Source of the DNA: an uncultured Acetobacteraceae bacterium
GTDB taxonomy: Bacteria; Pseudomonadota; Alphaproteobacteria; Acetobacterales; Acetobacteraceae
Direction: 5' to 3'
Length of the DNA stretch: 50,655 nt
Assembly (NCBI GenBank): GCA_964246785.1
Contig: CAXTRX010000001.1
Coordinates: 2,592-53,246, forward strand
The notes beneath the pieces are model-generated. The model was not told where the DNA came from and did not search any database. It was given only the letters and a program-made list of their open reading frames with translations. Below, in pieces: positions 8,190 through 18,531 of the stretch. Position 1 is the stretch's first letter; each line of letters opens with the position of its first letter. Made by a program: the position numbers and the translations under genes.

Positions 8190-11100
8190 TATTCCCCCGC
8201 TAGCGTCATCTGCCGAGCCCGACGGAACTCTGTCAGACGCGGGATCCCCGGCGACGCTGCGGCAGGAAGCTGGCTAATGAACATTGCAAGCTTTGCGGGC
8301 GTGCGATGCTGCAGCAGGTCCTTTGCCTGGATTGCAATACCACCCACGCGCGCCCTCGCAGTCATTTGAAAGATTTGGATCGAGTCAGCTCCGGCTAGAA
8401 TGAGGTCATCATTGCGTCCAATCGGTCGCCGCAAGACATCGGACCACAACTCGCTGATCTGCCGTTCCAAATCAGTTTGTGGCGGTTCAATTGTAAAGGA
8501 TGCCGGCTTTACAGCCTCTGGCAGGCGCTGACGATCAATCTTTCCATTCGGAGTAAGCGGTAGGCTTTGAATTTCGATAAATGTGCTTGGCACCATGTAA
8601 TCAGGAAGATGACCGCGCAGCGTGGCACGCAACTCTGAGTCATCAATTTGCGTTCCCGCGGCTGGGATTACCCACGCAACGAGTTGTGGCTCGGCATTGG
8701 CTGTTTGGCGCAAGCTCACCACGGCAGTCGTTACGCCGCATTGAGTTGTGAGAATGTGCTCAACTTCTCCCAGCTCAATGCGATAGCCGCGCAGCTTGAT
8801 CTGGCCATCCATCCGCCCAAGCACCTGTATGCGACCATCTGGGAGCCGTTTTGCAAGGTCACCGGTGCGGTACAGCCTGCCGTTGCTCGTAAATGGATTA
8901 GCTACAAAGCTCGACGCGGTTAAGTCGGGACGGTTGCGGTAACCTTGCGCGAGGCCATCACCGCCTATGTGCAACTGGCCGGCGACTCCGATCGGCTGTA
9001 GCTCATCGGCCGAGTCCAATACATAGAGCGAGGTATTTGCGACCGGGTGCCCTATGGTGATAGGGCCACTTCCAATCTGCTCCAGAGCTGACCACACGGT
9101 CGTCTCAGTCGGACCATACATATTCCAGAGTTCACTGCCTCTGCCAAGCAATTCGTCAGCAACCGCACGCGGCAGCGGTTCACCACCGCAAAGCATTTTT
9201 AACCGGGCTGGCTTCAAGCCAGCCTCGATCAGTAAACGCCACGTTGCCGGTGTTGCTTGCATGATGGTCGTGCCAGTCTCTGACAGCAATGCAGCTAAGC
9301 GATGACCGTCGGTGAGGTCGTCGCGTGCGGCAAGTGCGACCTGTGCACCCGCGAGCAATGGGCCGAACAGCTCGAGTCCAGCGATGTCAAAGCTAAGTGT
9401 GGTAACAGCAAGCCAAGTATCATCCTGCTTGATACCAGGTTCTTTTGCCATGGAAAGCAGCAGGTTGGCGAAAGCGCGATGCCCGACGGCCACACCCTTC
9501 GGCAGTCCGGTGGAACCCGATGTATAGATCAGATAAGCCGTGGGATCGGGTTGGTTGCTGATACAAGGCGGGGTGATCGGCGCACCGGCAATACTTGTGG
9601 TTTGCTCTATCAGGTTGAGAGTCGGTGCCTCAAAGGCTGGGCCCGTTCCGTCTGTGACGATAAGCGCCACGTCTGCGTCGGCCAGGATGTGGCGCAGTCG
9701 CGCCACAGGGTGCGATGGGTCGAGCGGAACGTAAGCCAGCCCAGCCTTCCATGTTGCAAGCAGTACCGCTACCATCTCGGGAGTACGGTCCATTATGACG
9801 GCCACACGGTCACCTACACTCGTGCGAGCGGCAAGGATGTGTGCAATCTGGTTTGCCCGCTCGTCAAGTTCCCGATAAGTCATCACGGTGCGGCCCTGAC
9901 AAATAGCCGGCGCCCCCGGCCGACGGGCGGCTTGTTCCTCTATCAAGTGATGAACGAGACTATCGAGGCAAGCTACCGTGGTGCCGCTTTGGTTGAGAAG
10001 ACGGTCTCGCTCGTCCGCTGAGAGCAACGGTAGTTTGGCAATTGAGCCGGTCGCCGCAGAAGCGACCGCGCCGAGTAGCACGGAGAAATGGCCCAGCCAG
10101 CGGTCTATTGTCTCTGGAGCGAATAGGTCGGCATTGTAGTCGCACTCGAAACGCAGACCATCTTCTAACTCCACAGCATTTAGAAAGAGGTCGAAGTTGA
10201 CAAAAGCCTTGGCATTGGAACGCGCTGAAACGGCCAGCCCAGAGATATGCATGCTATCGCTCAATCGCTCGAGATTGAATTGCACGTTTGCCAATGGGAT
10301 TCGGGCCATGTCACGCGGCAAATCAAGCGATTTGACGAGGGTGCCGAGCGTGCAATCCTGGTGCTCATAGGCTTCAAGCACAGTCTGACGAAGAGTGCGG
10401 AGGAGGCTGTTAAAGGCAAGGTCACCCGTCCAGCTCGCACGAATGGGAAGCAAATTGGCACAGTGGCCAACCAAGATTTGCTCTTCTAACTGGCTTTGCC
10501 CTGCAGCGGGAATTGCAACTACTACATCTTCTTGCCCAGCCAGCCGACCTATCAGAACACTGAAGGCGGCTAGAAGGGTCGTAAACAGCGTGCATCCCTG
10601 CGCCGCTCCCGCTTTCTTCAACTGCTGAAGTGACTTTGCGTCCAGATTTAACCTCCTTGTGCCGCCCTTAAATGATCGGATAGCCGGGCGTGGCCAATCG
10701 CACGGAAGATCAAGTGCTGCCGGAGGATTAGCAAACTTGCTAGCCCACCAATCGATATCGCGACCATGACTCGTCGCAACCTGCCGCTTCGCATAAGCCG
10801 CGAAAGATTGGGCTGGCGGAAACTCTGCCTGTTGCGCCAGCTCACTGAGAAGCACATTTATCGACCATCCGTCACAGACGATATGGTGCACAGTCAGCAC
10901 GAGGGCATGATGGTCCTGCGCAATTCGGATTAAACGAAGCCGCAAGGGAGGGCCCTGGACTAAATCAAACGGAAGCTGAGCCTCCTGCTCCAAAACCCAC
11001 TCCAACGGCTCGTCCTCCACAGCGAGGACAAGTGGCTGCCACTGCCCGATCGTCATCTTTGTGCCATCGGGCGCAAAGCGAGTTCGCAATGCGTCATGCC

Positions 11101-14100
11101 TCGAGAGTACACGGTTTAAGTTACTGACAAGGGTCTCGAGATCCAAACTGCCTCTAATGTCGAGACTTAACCCCTCATTGTACGCGCATGACGCAGCATC
11201 TCCAAGTTGCGCCGAGAGCCAAATTTCTATTTGCGCTTCGGTAAGCGGTGCCTCGATCGGCAGCAACTCAGGGAGCCGCGGTAGCGATGAACCAGCCGGA
11301 GAAAGTATGCCAGCCTCTTGCAAGGCGGTGAGGCTTTGTTCGAATGCGCGTGCGATGATATCGATCTCAGTCTTCCCGTGGGTGGTCGTAAGAAAGCAAG
11401 GGAAGCCTTCCTGGATGTGCACTCCACGTAGCCGCATGTGCGGGTAAAGCAGACTGGCAAGTGGATTGGACAACTTGAAGTAAAACCAGCTTGCGTAATG
11501 CTCGATGCATTCAGGTAGGCCGTGCGCAGCAAGAGCAGCGTTAAGGCGTTTCGCTAGATCTGTGGTGTGTGCCGCCAGGGTGGTGTATGGCGTGGAGCCG
11601 GCCTCCGCCACGTGGATAAGGATTGCGTTTGCGGCGGCTAGGGCGAGTGGATGCCGGACAAACGTGCCAGCGAAGAAAGTCACAGCCGCCTCTGGCATGC
11701 TTTGATCGCCGTATTGCCAAGCACCGCCATCTAACGCATCCATGAAGGCGGCCTTCCCTGCAAGTATGCCGATTGGCAAGCCACCTCCGACGACTTTGCC
11801 ATAGGTTGCCAGATCAGCACGGATGTTCAGTATCGCCTGCATGCCTCCAGGGTGAGTTCTGAAGCCGGTGACAACCTCATCAAATACGAGGCAAGTGCCC
11901 GAGCGGTGCGTGATATTGCGTAGTTCTGCAAGAAAAGCATGCGGCTGCAGGGCGGGATGCCGGCTTTGCACTGGCTCGACGAGCACGGCGGCTAAGTCGT
12001 CGGCATGCTCCCGGATCCACGTCAAGGATGCATCTTGGCCATACTCTAGAACAGTGATGTTGGATACACTCTCCATCGGGATACCTGGTGCCACAGCGCG
12101 CGCACCGTTAGCGCCCGCCTTGACTAATACTTCGTCAAATTGACCGTGGTAGCTGCCGGCGAAAGTGACAATACGGCTTCGCCCAGTCACAGTCCGCGCG
12201 ATGCGCATTGCAGCCATGACGGCTTCCGAACCTGTATTGCAGAATGTCATCCGTTCATTACCAGTCATTGCGCAAAAGCGCGCAGCGACCTCACCGGCCA
12301 ACGCAGCCTGTGGCCCAATCTCGAATCCTAAATCGAGCTGGCGTTTAACCGCCTCGACCACAAAGGATGGCGCGTGTCCGAAAGCGGTTTGACCGAAACC
12401 GTTTACCAAGTCGACATACTTGTTACCGTCGATGTCCCAAATATAGGGTCCGGAAGAGCGGACAGCTACGATCGGGTATGTCATTTCCTTCCACTCGGGA
12501 CGGAAGCCGGCGGCAGCCCTCGGGTCAGCTAAAACAGACCGGGCGTTGGCGGTAAGACGCTTGGACTCTGCAGACCGAGCCACTGTAGCGGCCATCAAGT
12601 CTCTGACATGCGCAAGGCCGGCGGCTGTCAGGCTGGTGCCATTTGCTGCCATCACCTTAAATGCGTCAAAACGTGCTGTGTTCTCGGGTGCGGGCAGAGA
12701 AACCCTAGGTGCCGCCGGCACGTCTGCGGCTGGGGCATTTGCGAGTGCACTCAACTGCTGTGCAAATAAGGCTGACATCGCCTGGACTTGCTGCTGCATG
12801 AGTGTTGTCGTACTCGGCGCAACTTCGGCCGCCGCCATGGCTGTGACCGGCACGGGCAAGGGTGCTGGTGGAGCGGCAGCGATAGTCAAAGGAGCCACCG
12901 ACTTGGGGCGTTGCGACGCAACGTAGTTCGCGAGAGTAGTAAAGTCCCCGCAGTCGCCTAGAAGCTGGCGGAACGTTAGCTTGATACCAAACCGGCTTCG
13001 AACTTGTTGCGCGACCTGGCCGAGAAAAAGGGAGTCGAAACCAAGTTGGATAAAACTGGCCGCGGGATCAATGCCACTCAGACTATCACCTGACAGCTCT
13101 TCAAAGAGTTGAATCAACTCCGGTAAAGCTGTGGCACCGGCAAGTGAACCATCACAAGCTGCTTGGACCATTGTTTGCTGAGGCTCCGGGTTTGGAAAAG
13201 ACTCTGGTTCATCAATCCAGCAGCGGGCTTTTTCCCACGGCGTTGGTGGCAGCGGAATGTGGCGACGCCCCAGAGAAGCCGTATGCAGGGCCTCCCAGTC
13301 CATCTCGACACCAGCCAACCAGAGGCTTGCGACGGCTTCTGCCGCAGTCTGGTCAGCGCTACTGTCGCTCGTCGCCTCGGGAAGACTGTGGATCGAGGCC
13401 GTGGCGCTTTTGCGCCATCCAGCCGCCAGTGCGAGCTGGACAAGCCCGCGTCCCGGCCCGCATTCAAGCAGTGCGTTCAGGGGGGGAGCAGCTTGCCTGA
13501 GCGTTTCGAGCCCGGCACCGAAGCGCACGGGTGCTCGACAGTGAGTTGCCCAATAAGCCGGTGAAGTTGCCTCTGCGTCGGTCAGCCAGGTGCCCGAAAC
13601 GCTCGAGACGATTGGGGTCGATGGGCTCGACAGTGGAAGCCCTGAGATCACGTCTGCCAGGGCGGCCGCTATGCCATCCATCGCGCGCGAGTGGAAAGCA
13701 TGGCTGGTGTGAAGCCGGCGGCACGGTACATCACGCGCCTGCAAAGCCTGTTCAAGCCGCGCGATCTCGGCGATCGGGCCAGCGGCCACGTAGAGCGAGG
13801 GGGCGTTCGCCGCAGCCAGGTCAAGCGTTTCTCCCAGCAAAGGGATCAGCTCGGCTTCTGGAAGCCGAACGGAGAGCATCGCGCCCGCCGCCATGCCGCT
13901 CATCAAGCGGCCGCGTGCCGCCACGAGGCCCAACGCTTGCTCCAAACTGAAGACGTCCGCGAGGCAAGCTGCTACAAACTCGCCCACACTGTGGCCCAGC
14001 ATGGCCACCGGACGTATGCCACGGCCGATCCAAAGTTGAGCGGTGGCATAGCTGATTGCAAATAGAGCCGGTTGCGCGACCGCGGTATCCCTCAGCGATT

Positions 14101-17100
14101 CGGCGGCGGTGGCATGGAACTCGTCTGGGAACAACGCCTCGCGAAGATCAAAGCCAAGGTGCGGCCGTAAAATTGCAGCGCATCGGTCGATGGCATCTCG
14201 GAAAACTGGTTGGCTGGCGTAAAGCGAGCGCCCCATGCCGGTATACTGGGCACCCTGTCCCGGGAACAAGAATGCGACGCCGCCTGCGCTTTGCCCCGCT
14301 TCGGCGGTCAAGATTTGGCTTGATCGCAAGCCGGCAATCGCGTCGGCATGGTGCGAGCAAGCCAATGCCGCCCGATGCTTGAAGCGCCGCCGGGTCTTTT
14401 GCAAAGTCCAGGCGATATCAGCGAGCGTATGCTCGGGATGGCGCTCAAGGTAGGCCGCCAAGCGGGCGCGAGCGTCAGCCAATCCGGCGGGACTGCGGGC
14501 GGACAGCAATAGCACCTGCTGTGTCTCAGTGTTGGCGGAGGAGCTTTGGACCGGCGCCTGCTCAATGATGGCGTGCGCGTTGGTTCCTCCGACGCCGAAC
14601 GAGCTGACTGCGGCCCGGCGAGGTGAGGAAGCGCTCCAGGCCTCGGTTTGCGCCGACACGCGGAAAGGGCTGGTGTGCAACTCGGTCGCTGGATTTGCTG
14701 TTTGGAAGTGCAGCGTGCCCGGGATCGTCGCTCGCTCCACCGTCAGTGCTGCTTTGATCAGCCCGGCGCATCCGGACGCGGCATCAAGGTGGCCGATATT
14801 TCCTTTCACTGACCCGAGGACGCATTGGCCGGTTGGGACGCCAGGTCCCCAGGCTTGGCGTAGGGCGGCCACTTCAATGGGATCGCCCAACGGTGTCGCC
14901 GTGCCGTGCGCCTCGACATAGCCGATGCTTTGCGGGCTGACGCCGGACTGAGCGTGGGCAGCAGCAATACAGGCAACCTGGCCAGCGACGCTCGGGGCGG
15001 TGAAGCCGACCTTGGATGCTCCGTCGTTATTGGTGGCGATCCCACGGATGACTGCGTGAACATGGTCTCCGTCGGCCAACGCATCGGCCAAGCGCTTGAG
15101 CAGGACAACGGCAGCGCCGCTTCCGAATACCGTTCCGCTTGCGGCTGCGTCGAAGGGGCGCACATGCCCGTCTGCTGAAGCGAGACCACCGGGTTCGTGC
15201 AAATACCCGCGTTGTTGCGGTAGGGTGATGGATACGCCACCTGCCAGCGCCATATCTGCGTCGCCAGCGCGCAGGGCGGCACAGGCTTGGGCGACTGCAA
15301 CCAGCGACGTTGAGCAGGCCGTCGCAATCGTGACGGCTGGACCACGCAGGTCGAGCTTGTAAGCCACGCGCGTGGCTAGAAAATCCGACCCGGCGCCCAG
15401 CAAGGTTGGATAGCTGCCAGTCTGATAGTCGCTGGTGTAGCGCAAGACGGCGTCGCGGTCGGCAAGCACGTTGCGCAACAAATATGAGTTAGGACTGCTG
15501 CCTGCGAACACACCGATGCGGCCCGGGTAGACGGCTGGATCATGGCCAGCCGTTTCCAATGCTTCCCAAGCAATCTCTAGAAACACGCGATGCTGCGGGT
15601 CGGTGAGTTCGGCTTCGCGCCTGGTCATGGCGAAAAAGGCCGGGTCGAACTGGTCTATGCCGTCCAAAATCGGGCGGGCTGCAACGAAGGCCGGATCAGC
15701 GCGCGTTTGTGGGCTCGACGCATCTTGCAGGTCGCTTGGCTGGAAGCGGGTGATGGACTCAACGCCGCTGCAAAGGTTGTCCCAAAAGGCGTCAAGGTCG
15801 GACGCGCCTGGGAAACGGGCGGCCATCCCGATGATGGCGATTTCACCGCCAAAGCCTCGGCTGGCCTCGACCTGTAGGGGTTTCGTGCCGTCGGCATAAG
15901 CGGCAAGGCTGCTGACGCTTGGGTAAGCGAACAAGTCGGTCAAGCTCACATCGAGGCCGGCATCTGTCATGGCAGCATGGGCGCGAACGATGTCGAGTGA
16001 GCTTACCCCGGCATCAAACAGGTTGGTGTCCGTTTCAAATTCACGACCCAGCACTGATAGCCAGATTCGCTTCAAGCGCTCGACGGTGCTGGAGGCGGCT
16101 GGGAGCGCTTTGCGGTCCAGCTTGCCGTTGGGGGTGAGCGGCATTGCGCCAAGAACGGTTATGACGGAGGGCACCATGTGCTCTGGCAGGCGAGCCAGCA
16201 GGGTGCGCCGCAAAGCCCCCGCCTCAACGTCTCCCGAGACGAAAGCGTCGGCTCGACCGCCTTGGAATACCACTGCGGCCTGGCGCACTGCTGGCTCTGA
16301 TAAAAGCGCAGCCTCCACGTCGTCCAGGCAAACTCGCTTGCCGCGGATTTTGACTTCTCGGTCCTTGCGGCCGGCAAAAATCAGTGCGCCGTCATGCCGC
16401 CGACGAGCTCGATCCCCGGTGCGATACATCGGACGTCCATCGGGCCCCGTGACGAAGACTGCTGCCGTTGCTTCCACGCGATTGAGGTAGCCGAGCGCAA
16501 CCCCGTCGCCGCCAGCGCAGAGTTCGCCCTCGTCGCCCTCCGGCACGGGCTGGCCCTGCTCATCCAGCAGCCAAACGGATGTGCCGCGGATGGGCCAGCC
16601 GATCGGCACAGCCCTATCGGCCGCATGGTCTCGCGGGATGGGATAGCAGCAGGTGAAGGTGGTGTTTTCGGTCGGGCCATACCCGTTGATAAGAGACGTG
16701 TTCGGCAGACCGGCCAGCGCGCGAGCAACATGCGGCGGCGAAAGCACGTCTCCACCCGCGAGCAACTGGCGTATGCCTGCCATCGCCGGCAGCCGGGCAT
16801 CCACCATGGCGTGGAACAATCCGCTCGTGAGCCATGCAATGGTCACGCCGAACCGGTCTAGCGCTTGAGCAATGGTATCGAGTGAGGGGACCGCGTCCGG
16901 CACAATGGCGAGTGCCGCACGATTGAGCAACGCCCCCCAAATCTCGAAGGTCGACGCGTCGAAGCCGAGCGGTGCGGCATGCAGCACGACGTCTGCCGGG
17001 GTAAATGTCACGTAGTCTGGATTTTGCACCAGCCGGAGCACGCCGCGCCATGGCACGACTACGCCCTTCGGCACCCCCGTGGAGCCCGACGTGTACATGA

Positions 17101-17512
17101 CATAGGCGGGTGCCGCCGGGTCGGTCGGCGGCAACGGTGGTAGTGGTGCTGCACTCGGCAAAGCTTGATCCAGCCGCAGCGTGGGCCGATCCCCGGCGCA
17201 GTCCCCGGTTGCGATGATTACGCGAGCGGCGGCATCTGATAGCGTGTGTTGCACAACGGACGCCGGCAATGCCGGGTCGATCGGAACGTAAACAGCGCCT
17301 ATTCGTGTCGTGGCGAGGATAGCGGCGATCGCGTCCGACGAGCGGCCAAGGAGCAGACCGGCGCGATCACCTGGCCGTAGCCCCAACTGCCACAAACAGC
17401 AGGCAATCTCGTCCGCCCGGGCAACAAGTTGCGCGCTGGTGAGGCCGTTTGGCCCGCAGATTGCGATAGCGTCCGGACTTTCTGCGGCCCATGCCTCGAC
17501 ATAATGATACAA
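8189..17512 (-). CDS. Hybrid NRPS-type I PKS: A-PCP-KS-AT-ACP-class III aminotransferase-C-A-PCP
   Basis: A1 YTSGSTGVPKG/YGPTE; PCP FDAGVSSL; KS TACSTS, EAHGTAT, GNIGHLD; AT GHSVGE, HAFHS; ACP LGFDSL; AMT FDEVVTGFR, TYGKVVGGG; C HHIVCDGWS; A2 YTSGSTGLPKG; PCP AGADSI; TTG start with GAGG upstream. Confidence 0.95.
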   Translation of the reverse strand: MYHYVEAWAAESPDAIAICGPNGLTSAQLVARADEIACCLWQLGLRPGDRAGLLLGRSSDAIAAILATTRIGAVYVPIDPALPASVVQHTLSDAAARVIIATGDCAGDRPTLRLDQALPSAAPLPPLPPTDPAAPAYVMYTSGSTGVPKGVVVPWRGVLRLVQNPDYVTFTPADVVLHAAPLGFDASTFEIWGALLNRAALAIVPDAVPSLDTIAQALDRFGVTIAWLTSGLFHAMVDARLPAMAGIRQLLAGGDVLSPPHVARALAGLPNTSLINGYGPTENTTFTCCYPIPRDHAADRAVPIGWPIRGTSVWLLDEQGQPVPEGDEGELCAGGDGVALGYLNRVEATAAVFVTGPDGRPMYRTGDRARRRHDGALIFAGRKDREVKIRGKRVCLDDVEAALLSEPAVRQAAVVFQGGRADAFVSGDVEAGALRRTLLARLPEHMVPSVITVLGAMPLTPNGKLDRKALPAASSTVERLKRIWLSVLGREFETDTNLFDAGVSSLDIVRAHAAMTDAGLDVSLTDLFAYPSVSSLAAYADGTKPLQVEASRGFGGEIAIIGMAARFPGASDLDAFWDNLCSGVESITRFQPSDLQDASSPQTRADPAFVAARPILDGIDQFDPAFFAMTRREAELTDPQHRVFLEIAWEALETAGHDPAVYPGRIGVFAGSSPNSYLLRNVLADRDAVLRYTSDYQTGSYPTLLGAGSDFLATRVAYKLDLRGPAVTIATACSTSLVAVAQACAALRAGDADMALAGGVSITLPQQRGYLHEPGGLASADGHVRPFDAAASGTVFGSGAAVVLLKRLADALADGDHVHAVIRGIATNNDGASKVGFTAPSVAGQVACIAAAHAQSGVSPQSIGYVEAHGTATPLGDPIEVAALRQAWGPGVPTGQCVLGSVKGNIGHLDAASGCAGLIKAALTVERATIPGTLHFQTANPATELHTSPFRVSAQTEAWSASSPRRAAVSSFGVGGTNAHAIIEQAPVQSSSANTETQQVLLLSARSPAGLADARARLAAYLERHPEHTLADIAWTLQKTRRRFKHRAALACSHHADAIAGLRSSQILTAEAGQSAGGVAFLFPGQGAQYTGMGRSLYASQPVFRDAIDRCAAILRPHLGFDLREALFPDEFHATAAESLRDTAVAQPALFAISYATAQLWIGRGIRPVAMLGHSVGEFVAACLADVFSLEQALGLVAARGRLMSGMAAGAMLSVRLPEAELIPLLGETLDLAAANAPSLYVAAGPIAEIARLEQALQARDVPCRRLHTSHAFHSRAMDGIAAALADVISGLPLSSPSTPIVSSVSGTWLTDAEATSPAYWATHCRAPVRFGAGLETLRQAAPPLNALLECGPGRGLVQLALAAGWRKSATASIHSLPEATSDSSADQTAAEAVASLWLAGVEMDWEALHTASLGRRHIPLPPTPWEKARCWIDEPESFPNPEPQQTMVQAACDGSLAGATALPELIQLFEELSGDSLSGIDPAASFIQLGFDSLFLGQVAQQVRSRFGIKLTFRQLLGDCGDFTTLANYVASQRPKSVAPLTIAAAPPAPLPVPVTAMAAAEVAPSTTTLMQQQVQAMSALFAQQLSALANAPAADVPAAPRVSLPAPENTARFDAFKVMAANGTSLTAAGLAHVRDLMAATVARSAESKRLTANARSVLADPRAAAGFRPEWKEMTYPIVAVRSSGPYIWDIDGNKYVDLVNGFGQTAFGHAPSFVVEAVKRQLDLGFEIGPQAALAGEVAARFCAMTGNERMTFCNTGSEAVMAAMRIARTVTGRSRIVTFAGSYHGQFDEVLVKAGANGARAVAPGIPMESVSNITVLEYGQDASLTWIREHADDLAAVLVEPVQSRHPALQPHAFLAELRNITHRSGTCLVFDEVVTGFRTHPGGMQAILNIRADLATYGKVVGGGLPIGILAGKAAFMDALDGGAWQYGDQSMPEAAVTFFAGTFVRHPLALAAANAILIHVAEAGSTPYTTLAAHTTDLAKRLNAALAAHGLPECIEHYASWFYFKLSNPLASLLYPHMRLRGVHIQEGFPCFLTTTHGKTEIDIIARAFEQSLTALQEAGILSPAGSSLPRLPELLPIEAPLTEAQIEIWLSAQLGDAASCAYNEGLSLDIRGSLDLETLVSNLNRVLSRHDALRTRFAPDGTKMTIGQWQPLVLAVEDEPLEWVLEQEAQLPFDLVQGPPLRLRLIRIAQDHHALVLTVHHIVCDGWSINVLLSELAQQAEFPPAQSFAAYAKRQVATSHGRDIDWWASKFANPPAALDLPCDWPRPAIRSFKGGTRRLNLDAKSLQQLKKAGAAQGCTLFTTLLAAFSVLIGRLAGQEDVVVAIPAAGQSQLEEQILVGHCANLLPIRASWTGDLAFNSLLRTLRQTVLEAYEHQDCTLGTLVKSLDLPRDMARIPLANVQFNLERLSDSMHISGLAVSARSNAKAFVNFDLFLNAVELEDGLRFECDYNADLFAPETIDRWLGHFSVLLGAVASAATGSIAKLPLLSADERDRLLNQSGTTVACLDSLVHHLIEEQAARRPGAPAICQGRTVMTYRELDERANQIAHILAARTSVGDRVAVIMDRTPEMVAVLLATWKAGLAYVPLDPSHPVARLRHILADADVALIVTDGTGPAFEAPTLNLIEQTTSIAGAPITPPCISNQPDPTAYLIYTSGSTGLPKGVAVGHRAFANLLLSMAKEPGIKQDDTWLAVTTLSFDIAGLELFGPLLAGAQVALAARDDLTDGHRLAALLSETGTTIMQATPATWRLLIEAGLKPARLKMLCGGEPLPRAVADELLGRGSELWNMYGPTETTVWSALEQIGSGPITIGHPVANTSLYVLDSADELQPIGVAGQLHIGGDGLAQGYRNRPDLTASSFVANPFTSNGRLYRTGDLAKRLPDGRIQVLGRMDGQIKLRGYRIELGEVEHILTTQCGVTTAVVSLRQTANAEPQLVAWVIPAAGTQIDDSELRATLRGHLPDYMVPSTFIEIQSLPLTPNGKIDRQRLPEAVKPASFTIEPPQTDLERQISELWSDVLRRPIGRNDDLILAGADSIQIFQMTARARVGGIAIQAKDLLQHRTPAKLAMFISQLPAAASPGIPRLTEFRRARQMTLAGE

Positions 17513-17665
17513 AGCGCCTCACTCATCACAACGGACTGTTGTGGGCATGATGCGGGGTAAAAGCTGCTAAATCGCTAAGATCAGGGTCAGTCGGGCATGG
17601 CTGGACAGGACGGCAGATGCGAAGGATTTATGTGACCAGCGGCGTCAACCAGGCATGATGCCAGC

Positions 17666-18433
17666 ATGAACGTGCGGCTCGCTACGATGCTTGCCTTGAT
17701 GGCCGGTCCGGCTGTTGCTCAACCCGCGTCGCAGCACTTGAGATACTCGGCTTATGCCGACGGGCTCAACGTGATGGATGTGGACGCGGAGATGGCCATC
17801 TCCCAGGAGAGCTACCGCGTGCAAGTCTCCTATCATGTCACCGGGTTAGTGGGCGTCTTTGTCAACGCCCAGAGCACGACCACGGTAGATGGCCGGTTTT
17901 TGGGGGACACGCCAGTGCCGCGCGAGTTGTTCAGCGCCGGGCGCCTGCGGGGTCAACAGCGGGTCACGCAGATCGATTGGCTCAACGGCCGCCCCATCGT
18001 CAGCCAACTCGTGCCGCCAGTGGAGGCGGAGCGTGACCCGGTGCCAGCCGACGAGCAGGCGCATACCGTAGACTCGCTGAGTGCGATGGCGTCGTTGCTG
18101 CATCAAGTTGCCTTGTCCGGACGTTGCCAGGGGGCGATGAACACGTTTGATGGGCGCCGGCTTTCCTCCCTCGAGGCGCATACCGTGGGCGAGGAAGTGT
18201 TGCCGAAGACGAATCGGTCCTCGTTTGAAGGGCCGGCGCTGCGATGCGACTTCGAGGGGCGTCAGCTCGGCGGCTTCGTTCACGACGAGGACTTGAACGT
18301 GTTGCGGCGGCCGCAGCATGGGTCGGCGTGGTTTGCCAGCCTCGCTCCGGGAGCACCCCCCGTGCCGGTGCGGATCACCTTCAGCACTCGGATACTGGGT
18401 GCGGCTACGATGTATCTGACCGGGCGCGATTGA
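17666..18433 (+). CDS. DUF3108-like exported protein
   Basis: Signal peptide, beta-rich 255 aa, D.LSA and FDGRR motifs, C-terminal PVPVRI. Confidence 0.7.
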   Translation: MNVRLATMLALMAGPAVAQPASQHLRYSAYADGLNVMDVDAEMAISQESYRVQVSYHVTGLVGVFVNAQSTTTVDGRFLGDTPVPRELFSAGRLRGQQRVTQIDWLNGRPIVSQLVPPVEAERDPVPADEQAHTVDSLSAMASLLHQVALSGRCQGAMNTFDGRRLSSLEAHTVGEEVLPKTNRSSFEGPALRCDFEGRQLGGFVHDEDLNVLRRPQHGSAWFASLAPGAPPVPVRITFSTRILGAATMYLTGRD

Positions 18434-18531
18434 CACGCTGTTTGGCGCAGCTTCGCGCTGACACGTTTCGATGCAAGACGTGTCAACACATCCTTTGACA
18501 CCACAATGCCGGAGACGGTAGCGGAGGGTGC

